From Patescibacteria group bacterium (GTDB lineage: Bacteria; Patescibacteriota; Minisyncoccia; Moranbacterales; JAKLHP01): a DNA stretch of 64,000 nt. The stretch covers positions 19,799-83,798 of the forward strand of contig JAZDKA010000041.1 of assembly GCA_043803385.1 (NCBI GenBank), given 5' to 3'. The translations under genes and the position numbers were made by a program. The notes beneath the pieces are model-generated. The model did no database searches, was not told where the DNA came from, and worked only from the letters and a program-made list of their open reading frames with translations. Each line of letters opens with the position of its first letter. Positions within the stretch are counted from its first letter, which is position 1. Of the stretch, positions 18,772-27,669 are shown piece by piece.

Positions 18772-18783
18772 AAATTTACTGGA

Positions 18784-18801
18784 TTCCCGTTTTCACGGGA
18801 A
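18784..18801 (+). terminator. Putative terminator hairpin (ttcccg/cgggaa + T-run)
   Basis: ttcccgttttcacgggaa followed by tgacatatttatttt, just before gltX. Confidence 0.4.
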
Positions 18802-18816
18802 TGACATATTTATTTT

Positions 18817-20265
18817 ATGGAAAAAGTACGCGTCAGATTTGCGCCGTCGCCGACAGGGGAGCTTCATATTGGAGGGTTGAAAACAGCTCTTACTGATTTT
18901 TTGCTGGCCAAGAAAAATAACGGAACTTTTATTTTGCGCATTGAAGACACTGACAGGAAAAGATATGTCGAAGGCGCGGCAGAAAGAATAATAAAATCCT
19001 TAGAGTGGGCGGGAATCACAATCGACGAGGGTCCCTATATTCAATCAGAAAGGCTGGATATTTATAAAAAATATGTCGATCAGCTTATGGCGAAAGGAGA
19101 AGCTTATCTTTGTTTTTGCACGCCAGAGAGGCTAGAGGAAATGAGGAATCGGCAAATGGCTGAAAAAAAAGCGCCAATGTACGACCGATGCTGCCTTAAT
19201 CTTTCCAAAGAAGAAGCAGAAGAAAAAATTAAAAATGGAATTCCATATGCCGTGAGATTAAAAATTCCCGAAGGGAAAACTGAATTCGAGGATTTAGTTT
19301 TCGGGAAAATAACAGTTGAAAATTATGTTTTGGACGACCAGGTGATACTCAAATCTGACGGATTTCCCACTTATCATCTAGCGGTCGTGGTAGATGACGC
19401 GCTGATGGAAATAACGCATGTAGTCAGGGGCGCTGAATGGCTTCCCAGCACGCCAAAACATATTTTATTGTATAAAGCACTTGGATGGGATGACAAAATT
19501 CCGAAATTCTGCCATATGCCAAATATTCTCAATAAAAATCACAAGAAACTTTCCAAGCGGGAAGGGGATGTGAGCGTAGAAGATTTTAGGAAGCAAGGAT
19601 ATTCTCCGGAAGCGATTATTAATTTCATCGCGCTTCTAGGATGGAATCCAAAGACAGAACAAGAAATTTTTACCAAGGAAGAACTCATTGAGCAATTCGA
19701 TATTTCCAAAATGAACAAAGCCGGAGGAGTTTTCGATATGGATCGGCTCAATTGGATCAGCGCCCAGCATATCAAAAAAATGAGCGATAAGGAACTATAC
19801 AAAAAAACCATTGAATTTTTGAAAGAAAAAGAATTTTTCGAAAATGCGAAACCGGAAAGAAAAACGGAAGAATACGTAAAAAAAGTTTTATCCGTTGAAA
19901 AAGAGAGGCTTAGCAAATTTACCGAAGTAGGGGAGAGCAATTGGTTCTTTTTCAAAGATGATTTTGAAATCAAGAAAGATGATTTGAGATGGAAAAAAAT
20001 GTCCGATGAAGAACTTAAAAATTCCCTTGAAGCTTCCCTGTCGGTATTAAATGGAATAGGGGAGAGTGGATGGAAAAAAGAAAATATTGAAAAAGAATTA
20101 CTTGAAGCGGCGAGGGACAAAAGAGGGGATTTACTTTTCCCGCTCCGTTGGGTTTTGACCGGACAAAAATTTTCCCCGACACCATTTGAAGTAGCCTGGG
20201 TCTTAGGGAAGGAAGAGAGCGTAAGGAGAATAAATAATGCCCTAAAATTATTTAATGAAGAATAA
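18817..20265 (+). CDS. gltX: Glutamyl-tRNA synthetase
   Basis: HIGH-type motif PTGELHIGG and the KLSKR (KMSKS) motif. Length 482 aa. Confidence 0.9.
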   Translation: MEKVRVRFAPSPTGELHIGGLKTALTDFLLAKKNNGTFILRIEDTDRKRYVEGAAERIIKSLEWAGITIDEGPYIQSERLDIYKKYVDQLMAKGEAYLCFCTPERLEEMRNRQMAEKKAPMYDRCCLNLSKEEAEEKIKNGIPYAVRLKIPEGKTEFEDLVFGKITVENYVLDDQVILKSDGFPTYHLAVVVDDALMEITHVVRGAEWLPSTPKHILLYKALGWDDKIPKFCHMPNILNKNHKKLSKREGDVSVEDFRKQGYSPEAIINFIALLGWNPKTEQEIFTKEELIEQFDISKMNKAGGVFDMDRLNWISAQHIKKMSDKELYKKTIEFLKEKEFFENAKPERKTEEYVKKVLSVEKERLSKFTEVGESNWFFFKDDFEIKKDDLRWKKMSDEELKNSLEASLSVLNGIGESGWKKENIEKELLEAARDKRGDLLFPLRWVLTGQKFSPTPFEVAWVLGKEESVRRINNALKLFNEE

Positions 20266-21616
20266 AATAAAGACAAAAACAGCTGGAAATTTACCCCCAC
20301 TGGTTTATGTTTATAAAATAAAATATTTTTTTTCCAGAGTTTTTTCCTGCTGGAAATTTTGGTGTGGGGGTAAAAAAATAATCTTTCTCGGATTATCAAT
20401 TTTTATTTTGCTTGGATTTAGTTTTTTTCAAAAGACAAGTGCTGATGATACCGCCCAAAAAATAAAAGACCTTGAAGAAAAAGCCAAGATATACCAGCAA
20501 ATAATAGATATTAAACAGAAACAGCAGGATACTCTGGAAAATCAAACAGCCCTTCTGGAAGCTGAAGCCAGCAAGATCGAAAATGAAATAGAGCTCAAGA
20601 AAAGCGAGATTGACGAGCTGAATAGTAAGATTAATAGCCTGGAACAGCAAATAGAAGATACTGAAGTTTCTATCACGCTCCAAAAAAAGATTTTAGCTGA
20701 TCTTCTGCAGGCTTATTATGAAAACAAAGACCAGAATGTTGTGACTGCTTTTCTTAGCGACAAAAATCTTTCCGCGTTTATGTCCAAAGACGACCGATTT
20801 GTGCAGGTAGAAGACAAAACAAACGAGATCCTTAAAAATATAAAATCACTTAAGGAAGGATTGGAAAGTGAGAAAAAATCAGTCGAAGACAAGAAAAAGG
20901 AAATAACTGATTTGTTTTACCAGCTTCAGGAAAAAAGTTCTGAGCTTCAAGATAAAAAAGACCAAAAAGAAGCTTTGATAACGCAGACACAAGGAGAACA
21001 AAAAAAATATGAGGGACTTCTCGAAAGAGTAGAAGAGCAAAAACAGGAACTTTTGAATATTGATGAATTAGGAGGAAATTTGTCTGCTGATTCTTATCCT
21101 AAGCCTCCTTCATCAGCTTATGCTTCTGCTAGCTGGTATTATTCCCAGAGAGATTCACGTTGGGGAAATCAAACTATCGGAAACACAAAAACTTTAATGA
21201 AGAGTTATGGTTGCGCCGTTACGGCTGTTGCGATGGCTTTCACTTATCATGGCGATTCAATTACTCCCGGGTCAATGGCCAGGAAGAAAATATTCAGCTC
21301 GGATCTTATTGTTTGGCCAGCATCCTCATTTGGTAAAAAAGTTTCTTTGAGCGGAGGATATTCTCATGGAAACATAAATTGGAAAACTGTCGACAATGAG
21401 CTTAAAAATAAAAATCCTGTCATCGTTTACATTAAAAAAACTAAAGGAAGCGGAGGGCACTATGTCGTGATTCACACAAAAATGTCCAATGGAAAATATG
21501 TGGTCCATGATCCGTATTGGGGAGCAAATATTTATTTGGACACAACGCGTGCCCTAATGGGACAAATGGCTCCGCAAAGCGGCACTCAAATCGACCAGAT
21601 GATTATTTATAAGTAG
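20255..21616 (+). CDS. Secreted coiled-coil protein with C-terminal C39-like/CHAP-like cysteine peptidase domain (the true start probably lies after the family C element, near 20375)
   Basis: Signal peptide, a long coiled coil (EnvC-like), and a C-terminal WYYSQRDSRWG...GCAVTAVAMAF...GGHYVV (Cys/His papain-like fold). Confidence 0.6.
   Translation: MKNKIKTKTAGNLPPLVYVYKIKYFFSRVFSCWKFWCGGKKIIFLGLSIFILLGFSFFQKTSADDTAQKIKDLEEKAKIYQQIIDIKQKQQDTLENQTALLEAEASKIENEIELKKSEIDELNSKINSLEQQIEDTEVSITLQKKILADLLQAYYENKDQNVVTAFLSDKNLSAFMSKDDRFVQVEDKTNEILKNIKSLKEGLESEKKSVEDKKKEITDLFYQLQEKSSELQDKKDQKEALITQTQGEQKKYEGLLERVEEQKQELLNIDELGGNLSADSYPKPPSSAYASASWYYSQRDSRWGNQTIGNTKTLMKSYGCAVTAVAMAFTYHGDSITPGSMARKKIFSSDLIVWPASSFGKKVSLSGGYSHGNINWKTVDNELKNKNPVIVYIKKTKGSGGHYVVIHTKMSNGKYVVHDPYWGANIYLDTTRALMGQMAPQSGTQIDQMIIYK
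20290..20373 (+). repeat. Family C palindromic element copy C5 at the 5' end of the peptidase gene
   Basis: tacccccactgg...ggtgtgggggta. Confidence 0.6.
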
Positions 21617-21631
21617 AAATAAAATTCTCCT

Positions 21632-22285
21632 ATGCCCAAGATAAAATGGAATCTTGAAAAAGTAAGAGAAGGATTTAAAAAGTTTCATGAAGAGTATGGC
21701 AGATATCCAACATCAAATGAGATTGATGATTTTAAACATCTTCCGTCAGCAAGACAAATACAAAGAAGTCTCGGTGGATTAGTCTCTTTGCGTAAAGAAA
21801 TCGGATTGTCTGTAGAAAATTATAGTAGTGGAGAGGAAAGATCCAAAATTTCTACAGATTTAGGAAAAAGAGGAAAGAATTGTGAATATTTGGTTTATGA
21901 TTTTCTAAAGGGAATATTTAAAGAATCATTTGTGCATGTTGAAAGGCCTATTAGCATATGTTCTGATATGAATTCTGAAGATTGGGGTCGCAATAGATTT
22001 GATTTTTATGTTTATGCAAAACCGAACAATTTTGCTGTTGATGTTTTTGGTACGCGTGATTTCAGATGTTTTCTCAAGGTAATGAATATCAAAGAGGGTA
22101 AATATAAAATGACGAAAAAGATGAAAAGAGGGGAGTGGCTGTACTTTGTATATTTCAGCGATTTTAATTTAAAGGACAGAATAAATTTATGGCTGTCAAG
22201 AAAGAGGGAATTAATGCCAGCGAATTGGAAGATATTAAATTTTGATGAGTTTAAAGAGGAGATAAGAAGCTACAAAAGTTTTTGA
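21632..22285 (+). CDS. Hypothetical protein with N-terminal HEAR-like (homing-endonuclease-associated repeat) motif and possible nuclease-like C-terminal domain
   Basis: The N-terminus WNLEKVREGFKKFHEEYGRYPTSNEIDD...LPSARQIQRSLGGLVSLRKEIGL resembles the HEAR pattern. This is a free-standing gene with its own terminator. Confidence 0.4.
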   Translation: MPKIKWNLEKVREGFKKFHEEYGRYPTSNEIDDFKHLPSARQIQRSLGGLVSLRKEIGLSVENYSSGEERSKISTDLGKRGKNCEYLVYDFLKGIFKESFVHVERPISICSDMNSEDWGRNRFDFYVYAKPNNFAVDVFGTRDFRCFLKVMNIKEGKYKMTKKMKRGEWLYFVYFSDFNLKDRINLWLSRKRELMPANWKILNFDEFKEEIRSYKSF

Positions 22286-22371
22286 TAGATTTTGCTAAAG
22301 CAAGCTTCACTAGTAGTTAATTAAACTTGTAGGGTCGCAAAATCTATAATGTGCGACGTTCTCGATATAAA

Positions 22372-22400
22372 GACAAAAGCCCTAAATAAGGGCTTTTGTC
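22372..22400. terminator. Bidirectional terminator hairpin between convergent genes
   Basis: gacaaaagccc-taaataa-gggcttttgtc, flanked by T/A runs. Confidence 0.6.
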
Positions 22401-22414
22401 TTTATCCTCTCTCT

Positions 22415-22828
22415 TTACAGCTCTAACCTAAATACGCCTGTATCATAAAGCTCAAATCCCAAAGATTCATATAAACTTCTCGCCTCTACTCTCTTCGGAT
22501 TGCTGGTCAGATTTATTTTTTTGATTTTTTTCTTTTTAGCAATTTTAATCAATTCTTCCATCATTTTTCTTCCATAACCTTTGCCTCTCTGGTTTTGGTC
22601 AATGATGACATCTTCTATCCTTGCAACAAATCCTTCACAAGGAATTTGATGGATTATTAATGACCCGAAACCTATAATTTTCCCATTCTCTTCCAAAACA
22701 AGGCAGTCAGCGCCCTCATCTTTGATTAAAGACTTCATATCAACCTTAACTTTTTTCCCCGTAAGCTGGATTAAAAGTTTTTCAATTTCTTTTTTATCTG
22801 TTAATTTTATTTTTCTAAATTTAAGCAT
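22415..22828 (-). CDS. GNAT family N-acetyltransferase
   Basis: Has Q/RxxGxG/A-like QNQRGKGYGRKMMEEL. The start is taken at MLKFRK (the upstream extension in the ORF track overlaps iscU). Confidence 0.7.
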   Translation of the reverse strand: MLKFRKIKLTDKKEIEKLLIQLTGKKVKVDMKSLIKDEGADCLVLEENGKIIGFGSLIIHQIPCEGFVARIEDVIIDQNQRGKGYGRKMMEELIKIAKKKKIKKINLTSNPKRVEARSLYESLGFELYDTGVFRLEL

Positions 22829-22862
22829 AATTTTAAAACCCAGTGTAATTATATGATAGTAA

Positions 22863-23255
22863 TCATTTTTCTGCGTCAGTCCGCGTCTTGTAATCTTCAA
22901 TCGCTTTTTGGAGCGCTTCGGCAGCAAGGTTTGAACAATGCATTTTGGTTGGCGGGAGGCCTTCAAGCTCGTCGGCGACATTCTGGCGGGTGATTTTTCC
23001 TGCCTCTTCCAATGTTTTTCCCTTAGCTAAATCAGTTATCATTGACGAAGTTGCGATAGCCGCTCCACAGCCTAGAGTTTCAAATTTAACGTCTTTGATG
23101 TATTCCTCGCCTTCTTTATTTTTAGAAACTTTAATGTAAAGTTTCATAATATCTCCACAAACGGGATTGCCGACGGTACCAACACCGCTGGCATTCTTAA
23201 TTATACCCTGGTTATGGGGCTTGGTAAAATACTGGATTACTTTTTTTGAATACAT
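22863..23255 (-). CDS. iscU: Fe-S cluster assembly scaffold IscU/NifU-like
   Basis: Conserved Cys in NPVCGD, LGCGAAIA and KMHCSNLAAEAL. Confidence 0.85.
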   Translation of the reverse strand: MYSKKVIQYFTKPHNQGIIKNASGVGTVGNPVCGDIMKLYIKVSKNKEGEEYIKDVKFETLGCGAAIATSSMITDLAKGKTLEEAGKITRQNVADELEGLPPTKMHCSNLAAEALQKAIEDYKTRTDAEK

Positions 23256-23351
23256 AGTAAACTCGCGAATAGAAAGCTAATATTGGCAAATGAGTGCTAA
23301 TTTTATTTAGCATTCGTGTCCATTAGCTTTTATTCGCTAATAATTAGCGAG

Positions 23352-24572
23352 TTATTTAAATTCTTTTAGTACATTTCCCGATATACTCCTTAATCTATCC
23401 GCTATTTCTTTTAACTTATCAATGGTATAATCTATTTCCTCTTTCGTTGTATCTTTGCCTAGTGTTAATCTTAAGCTTCCGTGGGCTTGTTCCGGCTTGA
23501 GCCCAAGCGCTAGAAGCACATGGGACGGTTTCAGGTCTCCCGAGGAGCAAGCCGAGCCGGTAGAAGCGGCGATTCCTTCCTGATCAAGGGCGATAACTAA
23601 ACTCTCCCCTTCTACATTATCAAATCTAAAGTTGATATTGTTCGGCGATCTTTTTTCTTTTGAACCGTTTAAATATGAATCCGGAATTTCCTTCAAAACC
23701 CTATCGATAAAATAATTTCTTAATTCCAAAATGCTTTTGACTTTTGACTTTTGACTTTTGACTTGTCGGATAGCTTCAGCTAATCCGACTATTCCCGTCA
23801 CATTATGCGTTCCAGCGCGTTTTCCGAATTCCTGGTCTCCCCCATCCTGGATTCTGGAAATCGGCGTTCCTTTTTTAATATACAATGCGCCGATTCCTTT
23901 CGGCCCATAAATTTTGTGTCCGGAAAGTGAGAGCATATCAACACCTAACTTGTCCACATTGCAGTCGAAATAATTCACTGCTTGAGTCGCATCCGAATGA
24001 AAGATAATTTTGTTATGGGTTATGGGTTGTGAGTTATGAGTTGAAGTCAGCTTGCTAATTTCTTGAATCGGCTGGACGGTTCCAATTTCATTATTGACAT
24101 ACATTACGGAAACTAGGATCGTATTCGGCTTGATAGCTTTTTTTACATCTTCAACCCCAACTATGCCGTCTTTATTTACCGGAAGATAAGTTATTTCCGC
24201 TCTTCCGGATTTTTCTATAAATTTGGCCGTGTCTGAAATACAATGGTGCTCAATGGAAGAAGTTATTATGTGGGGAATAATATTTTTGTTGCAAAATCCG
24301 TTGTCGTAGTATTTCTTTACTACTCCTTTAATCGCCAGATTATTGCTCTCGGTGGCTCCGGAAGTGAAAATTATTTCAGTTGTTTCACAATTTAAAAAAT
24401 CAGCCACTTGTTTTCTAGCTTTATCAACTGCTTCCATTGCTTCTTGTCCAAAACTATGAATGGACATCGGATTGCCAAATTTTTCGGAAAAATATGGAAG
24501 CATCGCCTTCAAAACCTCCGGATCAATGGGAGTAGTAGCGGCATTATCTAAATATACTTTTTTCATTTTCAT
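23352..24572 (-). CDS. iscS: Cysteine desulfurase (IscS/NifS)
   Basis: Has SSIEHH and the PLP-lysine region SLSGHKIYGPKGIGALY. Contains two in-frame heptanucleotide tandem-repeat inserts. Confidence 0.9.
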   Translation of the reverse strand: MKMKKVYLDNAATTPIDPEVLKAMLPYFSEKFGNPMSIHSFGQEAMEAVDKARKQVADFLNCETTEIIFTSGATESNNLAIKGVVKKYYDNGFCNKNIIPHIITSSIEHHCISDTAKFIEKSGRAEITYLPVNKDGIVGVEDVKKAIKPNTILVSVMYVNNEIGTVQPIQEISKLTSTHNSQPITHNKIIFHSDATQAVNYFDCNVDKLGVDMLSLSGHKIYGPKGIGALYIKKGTPISRIQDGGDQEFGKRAGTHNVTGIVGLAEAIRQVKSQKSKVKSILELRNYFIDRVLKEIPDSYLNGSKEKRSPNNINFRFDNVEGESLVIALDQEGIAASTGSACSSGDLKPSHVLLALGLKPEQAHGSLRLTLGKDTTKEEIDYTIDKLKEIADRLRSISGNVLKEFK

Positions 24573-24629
24573 ATTTTTAAAATTTTTAAAAACTTAAATT
24601 TTATGCCATAGCAATGAATTTAAGTTTTG

Positions 24630-25019
24630 TTATCTTGTTAAATCTTTTAATTTTATTGAATACAAAGTTTTCTTTATCTGTTCCTGAAGTTTTGTCCAGA
24701 CGATACTGGAGGCGCAAGAACATTTGGCGTCGCATTTTCCGCTGGCGCATTCCATCGGCACGATTGGTCCTTCAAGAATTTCGATAATTTCTCCAACTTT
24801 AATATTTTTCGGATTCTGGGAAAGCGTATATCCGCCCTCTCTCCCCTTCTGGCTGGATACCAGTTTATTTTTTTTCAAAGCTCTGAATAATTGTTCCAAA
24901 TACTTCAAGGATATCCCCTCTTCTTTGGAGATTTCCTGGAGACTTTTTTGATTGGGATAATTTTTCGCCAGATTAACTGTAGCGCGAAGCCCGTATCCAG
25001 CGCGGGTAGAAAAACGCAT
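24630..25019 (-). CDS. iscR: Rrf2 family transcriptional regulator (IscR-like)
   Basis: N-terminal wHTH (MRFSTRAGYGLRA...) and a C-terminal Cys cluster (CASGKCDAKCSC). It sits upstream of iscS-iscU. Confidence 0.75.
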   Translation of the reverse strand: MRFSTRAGYGLRATVNLAKNYPNQKSLQEISKEEGISLKYLEQLFRALKKNKLVSSQKGREGGYTLSQNPKNIKVGEIIEILEGPIVPMECASGKCDAKCSCASSIVWTKLQEQIKKTLYSIKLKDLTR

Positions 25020-25145
25020 AAATTAAGTCCTACCAATTTACTATGCTTTAATGATACAAAATATTTCAAAGGGTGTCAAATTTAAACAAAAAAATAAGAG
25101 GGTTAACTCTTTTCGCTCACGCGTTTTTAGAGTCAACCCTCATTT

Positions 25146-25487
25146 TCATATCCCGAGTGTTTTTTTTACTGCATCCGACAATTCATATTCCGAGCAACTA
25201 TGGGCGTTGTCTCTTACTTTTCTAAATGAGAATCCCCAGCTAGGAATATTGGTTATGCCAAAAATTGGTGTTTCTTCCTCGATTGACCTTATAAATTTCT
25301 CAATCTCAGAAAAATCGTGGGTAAGAAGTATCGCCACGGCATCGACTACTTCATTCTTAAGGATCTTTATTGCTTCCTCAATCGAATTAGACTGAAGCAG
25401 ATTTACCTCTCCAATGAATTCCAGAGCCAGTCTTCTGAGAAAACAGAGGTCCGGATGAATCAAAAGCAAGTTCTTTTCATTAGCCAT
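25146..25487 (-). CDS. Hypothetical protein (degenerate receiver-like fold?), foreign-looking with strong SD
   Basis: A 113-aa ORF preceded by AAGGAGGGACAGCA-ATG. No conserved Asp pocket is recognisable. Confidence 0.4.
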   Translation of the reverse strand: MANEKNLLLIHPDLCFLRRLALEFIGEVNLLQSNSIEEAIKILKNEVVDAVAILLTHDFSEIEKFIRSIEEETPIFGITNIPSWGFSFRKVRDNAHSCSEYELSDAVKKTLGI

Positions 25488-25613
25488 TGCTGTCCCTCCT
25501 TATTTATTTTTCATTTCATACTGCGTTGGTAGATATTATCTGATAAATCGGAAATAGTCAAGCGGCGGCTTGATACTTCATACTTTCTACTTTATACTTA
25601 AAAGTAGATACTA

Positions 25614-25784
25614 TCCCAGCACCAATTCCGAGATAGTCTTTAATAAATTTGATAGTTTATTCTTGGAATCGCCTCGCCTGAGGCAGGCTTGGCTTTAGCT
25701 GGTTATGGTATGAAATTCACATTGCGAATTAGTGCGGGATGCTCAATTTTATAGCTACTCGCTCTGCTCGCAGACAAAATTGGC
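25614..25784 (-). repeat. Family B MITE-like element copy B1, abutting the start codon of the PD-(D/E)XK nuclease gene
   Basis: TIRs atcccagcaccaattcc / gaattagtgcgggatgc and the conserved core aggcgattcc. It ends ...cgcagacaaaattggc-ATG. Confidence 0.75.
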
Positions 25785-26900
25785 ATGCGAATCTCTTATT
25801 CCGCTCTGGAAACTTACAAAACCTGTCCTCTGAAGTACAAATTTCAGGAAATTGACAGGATAAAGACTCCCAAATCCAAGGAGGCAGTTTTTGGTACGAT
25901 TTTGCATTCCACGCTTAATTTTATCCATACTCCGAGCATGCTTTCCCCCACTTTGGAGCAGGCGCTGGATTATTTTTCCCGCAATTGGAATAGTGATGTT
26001 TTTGAGAATGAATTAGAAGAAAGATCAGCATTTTCCCAAGGAGTTTCAATGATTCAGGATTATTACAAAAAAAATGATCCGACAAAAACAAATGTAGTTG
26101 ATTTAGAAAGCAGATTTACAATAGAACTAGGCGACCATATCGTTTCCGGAATTATTGACCGGATCGATAAGACCGAAGATGGCTATGAAATCGTTGACTA
26201 TAAGACGACCAAAAAAATGCCTTCTCAAAATAAGGTTGATAATGATTTGCAATTATCCATTTATCTCCAGGCGTTTCTTAAAAGATATCCTAAGGAAATC
26301 GAAAACATTGATAAAATAAAAGTAAGTTTGTATTATCTCAAGCATGGAGTGAAGCTTACTTCCACTAGAACAGTTGATCAGCTCAAAAAAATCGATGATT
26401 TATTTTTGGATGTTATCAAGCAGATCGAAGAAGGAAAATTTGACGCGCAAATTAATCCCCTTTGCGACTGGTGCGGATACCAGAATGCCTGTCCGATGTG
26501 GAAACACAAGTTCAAGGAAAAGAGAAAAATTGACACGGAAGAGGTGAATAAAATTATTGCCGAGTACATTGCCAGTAAATCCCAAATCACAACTCTCAAA
26601 TCACAACTCTTGAATCTGGAAGATAAAATCTCGGAATATATGGATCAAGAAAGCGTGGAAAGAGTTTTTGGAGAAAACGGAATTATTGCCAGGACATTGC
26701 GAAAAACTTATAAATACGATGAAAAAAAGATTAGGGAAATACTCGAACCACTCGACAAATGGGAAGATGTTTTGAAAGTCGACGGAATCGCGCTCAAAAA
26801 TATATTAGCCGTCTTGCCTTTTAACGCCAAAAAAGAAATTGAAAAAGCGAAAGTGGTGGATAAGGAAAGCAAGAGCTTTAGCGTGAAAAAATCAAGTTAA
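25785..26900 (+). CDS. PD-(D/E)XK nuclease superfamily protein (Cas4/AddB-like, C-terminal 3-4 Cys cluster)
   Basis: N-terminal SYSALETYKTCPLKYKF, ...IDRID...YEIVDYKT (D..E.K motif), and C-terminal CDWCGYQNACPMW. Confidence 0.7.
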   Translation: MRISYSALETYKTCPLKYKFQEIDRIKTPKSKEAVFGTILHSTLNFIHTPSMLSPTLEQALDYFSRNWNSDVFENELEERSAFSQGVSMIQDYYKKNDPTKTNVVDLESRFTIELGDHIVSGIIDRIDKTEDGYEIVDYKTTKKMPSQNKVDNDLQLSIYLQAFLKRYPKEIENIDKIKVSLYYLKHGVKLTSTRTVDQLKKIDDLFLDVIKQIEEGKFDAQINPLCDWCGYQNACPMWKHKFKEKRKIDTEEVNKIIAEYIASKSQITTLKSQLLNLEDKISEYMDQESVERVFGENGIIARTLRKTYKYDEKKIREILEPLDKWEDVLKVDGIALKNILAVLPFNAKKEIEKAKVVDKESKSFSVKKSS

Positions 26901-26905
26901 TGATA

Positions 26906-27016
26906 AATTACCAATTTCCAATGTCAAATCAATATCAAAAACCAAAATCCAAATTTTTTGACATTTAGTCATTTAGGCTTGATTGGAAATTTGACATTTG
27001 ATATTTGGATTTTCAG
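26906..27016 (+). repeat. Family D palindromic element copy D1
   Basis: attaccaatttccaa...ttgacatttagtcatttaggcttgattggaaatttgacatttg. A reverse-complement copy lies at 29708-29790. Confidence 0.7.
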
Positions 27017-27042
27017 GCTATTTTTTAAATAAGATATTTCTA

Positions 27043-27528
27043 ATGAAAAACAAATTTAAGAATTTAATTAAACAGTTTTTTCTCATTAACGATACTCCTC
27101 AAAAGATTTCCGGTGGCGCGGCTCTCGGAATTTTTTTGGGTATTTTTCCCGGAGAAGGAGTATTCTCTACTTTATTTTTTGCGGCTGTTTTCAGATTAAA
27201 CAAATTAGCAGCTACTGCCGGAGTGCTGGCGACCAATATGTGGATGACAGCGGTAGCGCTTCCCGCAGCTGCTTTTGTCGGCGGATTTTTATTCAATGAA
27301 AAATATTCTGACCTGATCCGTCAATTTCAGAATTACCGGCATACGGATACGATAAAAGAGGTCTTTCTTTTCAGCCTCTCTATTTTTTCCCAAACTTTTC
27401 TTCCGCTTCTGGTCGGTTTTTTTGTCGTCGCCGGAGCAATTTCACTAGGCTTTTATTTTCTTTTACTTTTTATTTTAAAGCGAAAGCATATCGAACATCT
27501 GAAAGACGCGATACGGATTAGAAAATAA
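27043..27528 (+). CDS. DUF2062 family membrane protein
   Basis: The start is taken at MKNKFKNL, because the ORF-track start lies inside repeat D1. Has the ...ISGGAALGIFLGIFPGEGVFSTLFFAAVFRLNKLAA... signature. Confidence 0.55.
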   Translation: MKNKFKNLIKQFFLINDTPQKISGGAALGIFLGIFPGEGVFSTLFFAAVFRLNKLAATAGVLATNMWMTAVALPAAAFVGGFLFNEKYSDLIRQFQNYRHTDTIKEVFLFSLSIFSQTFLPLLVGFFVVAGAISLGFYFLLLFILKRKHIEHLKDAIRIRK

Positions 27529-27624
27529 GCATTACCATAATGCTTGAAATTCCGTCACTCGTCTTAAATAAAAGCAAGCTTTTATTTATAAACTCGCTAG
27601 GAATTATAAAAAATCCGGATAGCT

Positions 27625-27652
27625 CTCTCAAGAACTATCCGGTTTATTTCTC
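27625..27652 (+). terminator. Rho-independent terminator
   Basis: ccggatag-ctctctcaagaa-ctatccgg followed by tttatttct. Confidence 0.6.
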
Positions 27653-27669
27653 GTTGTCCCCCCTTCCCG

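Noticed and set aside
22863-22981. Overlap of the GNAT gene with iscU implied by the ORF-track start at 22981
   Set aside because: The GNAT fold begins at MLKFRKIKL (22828). The upstream in-frame codons are unlikely to be coding and would overlap iscU on the same strand.
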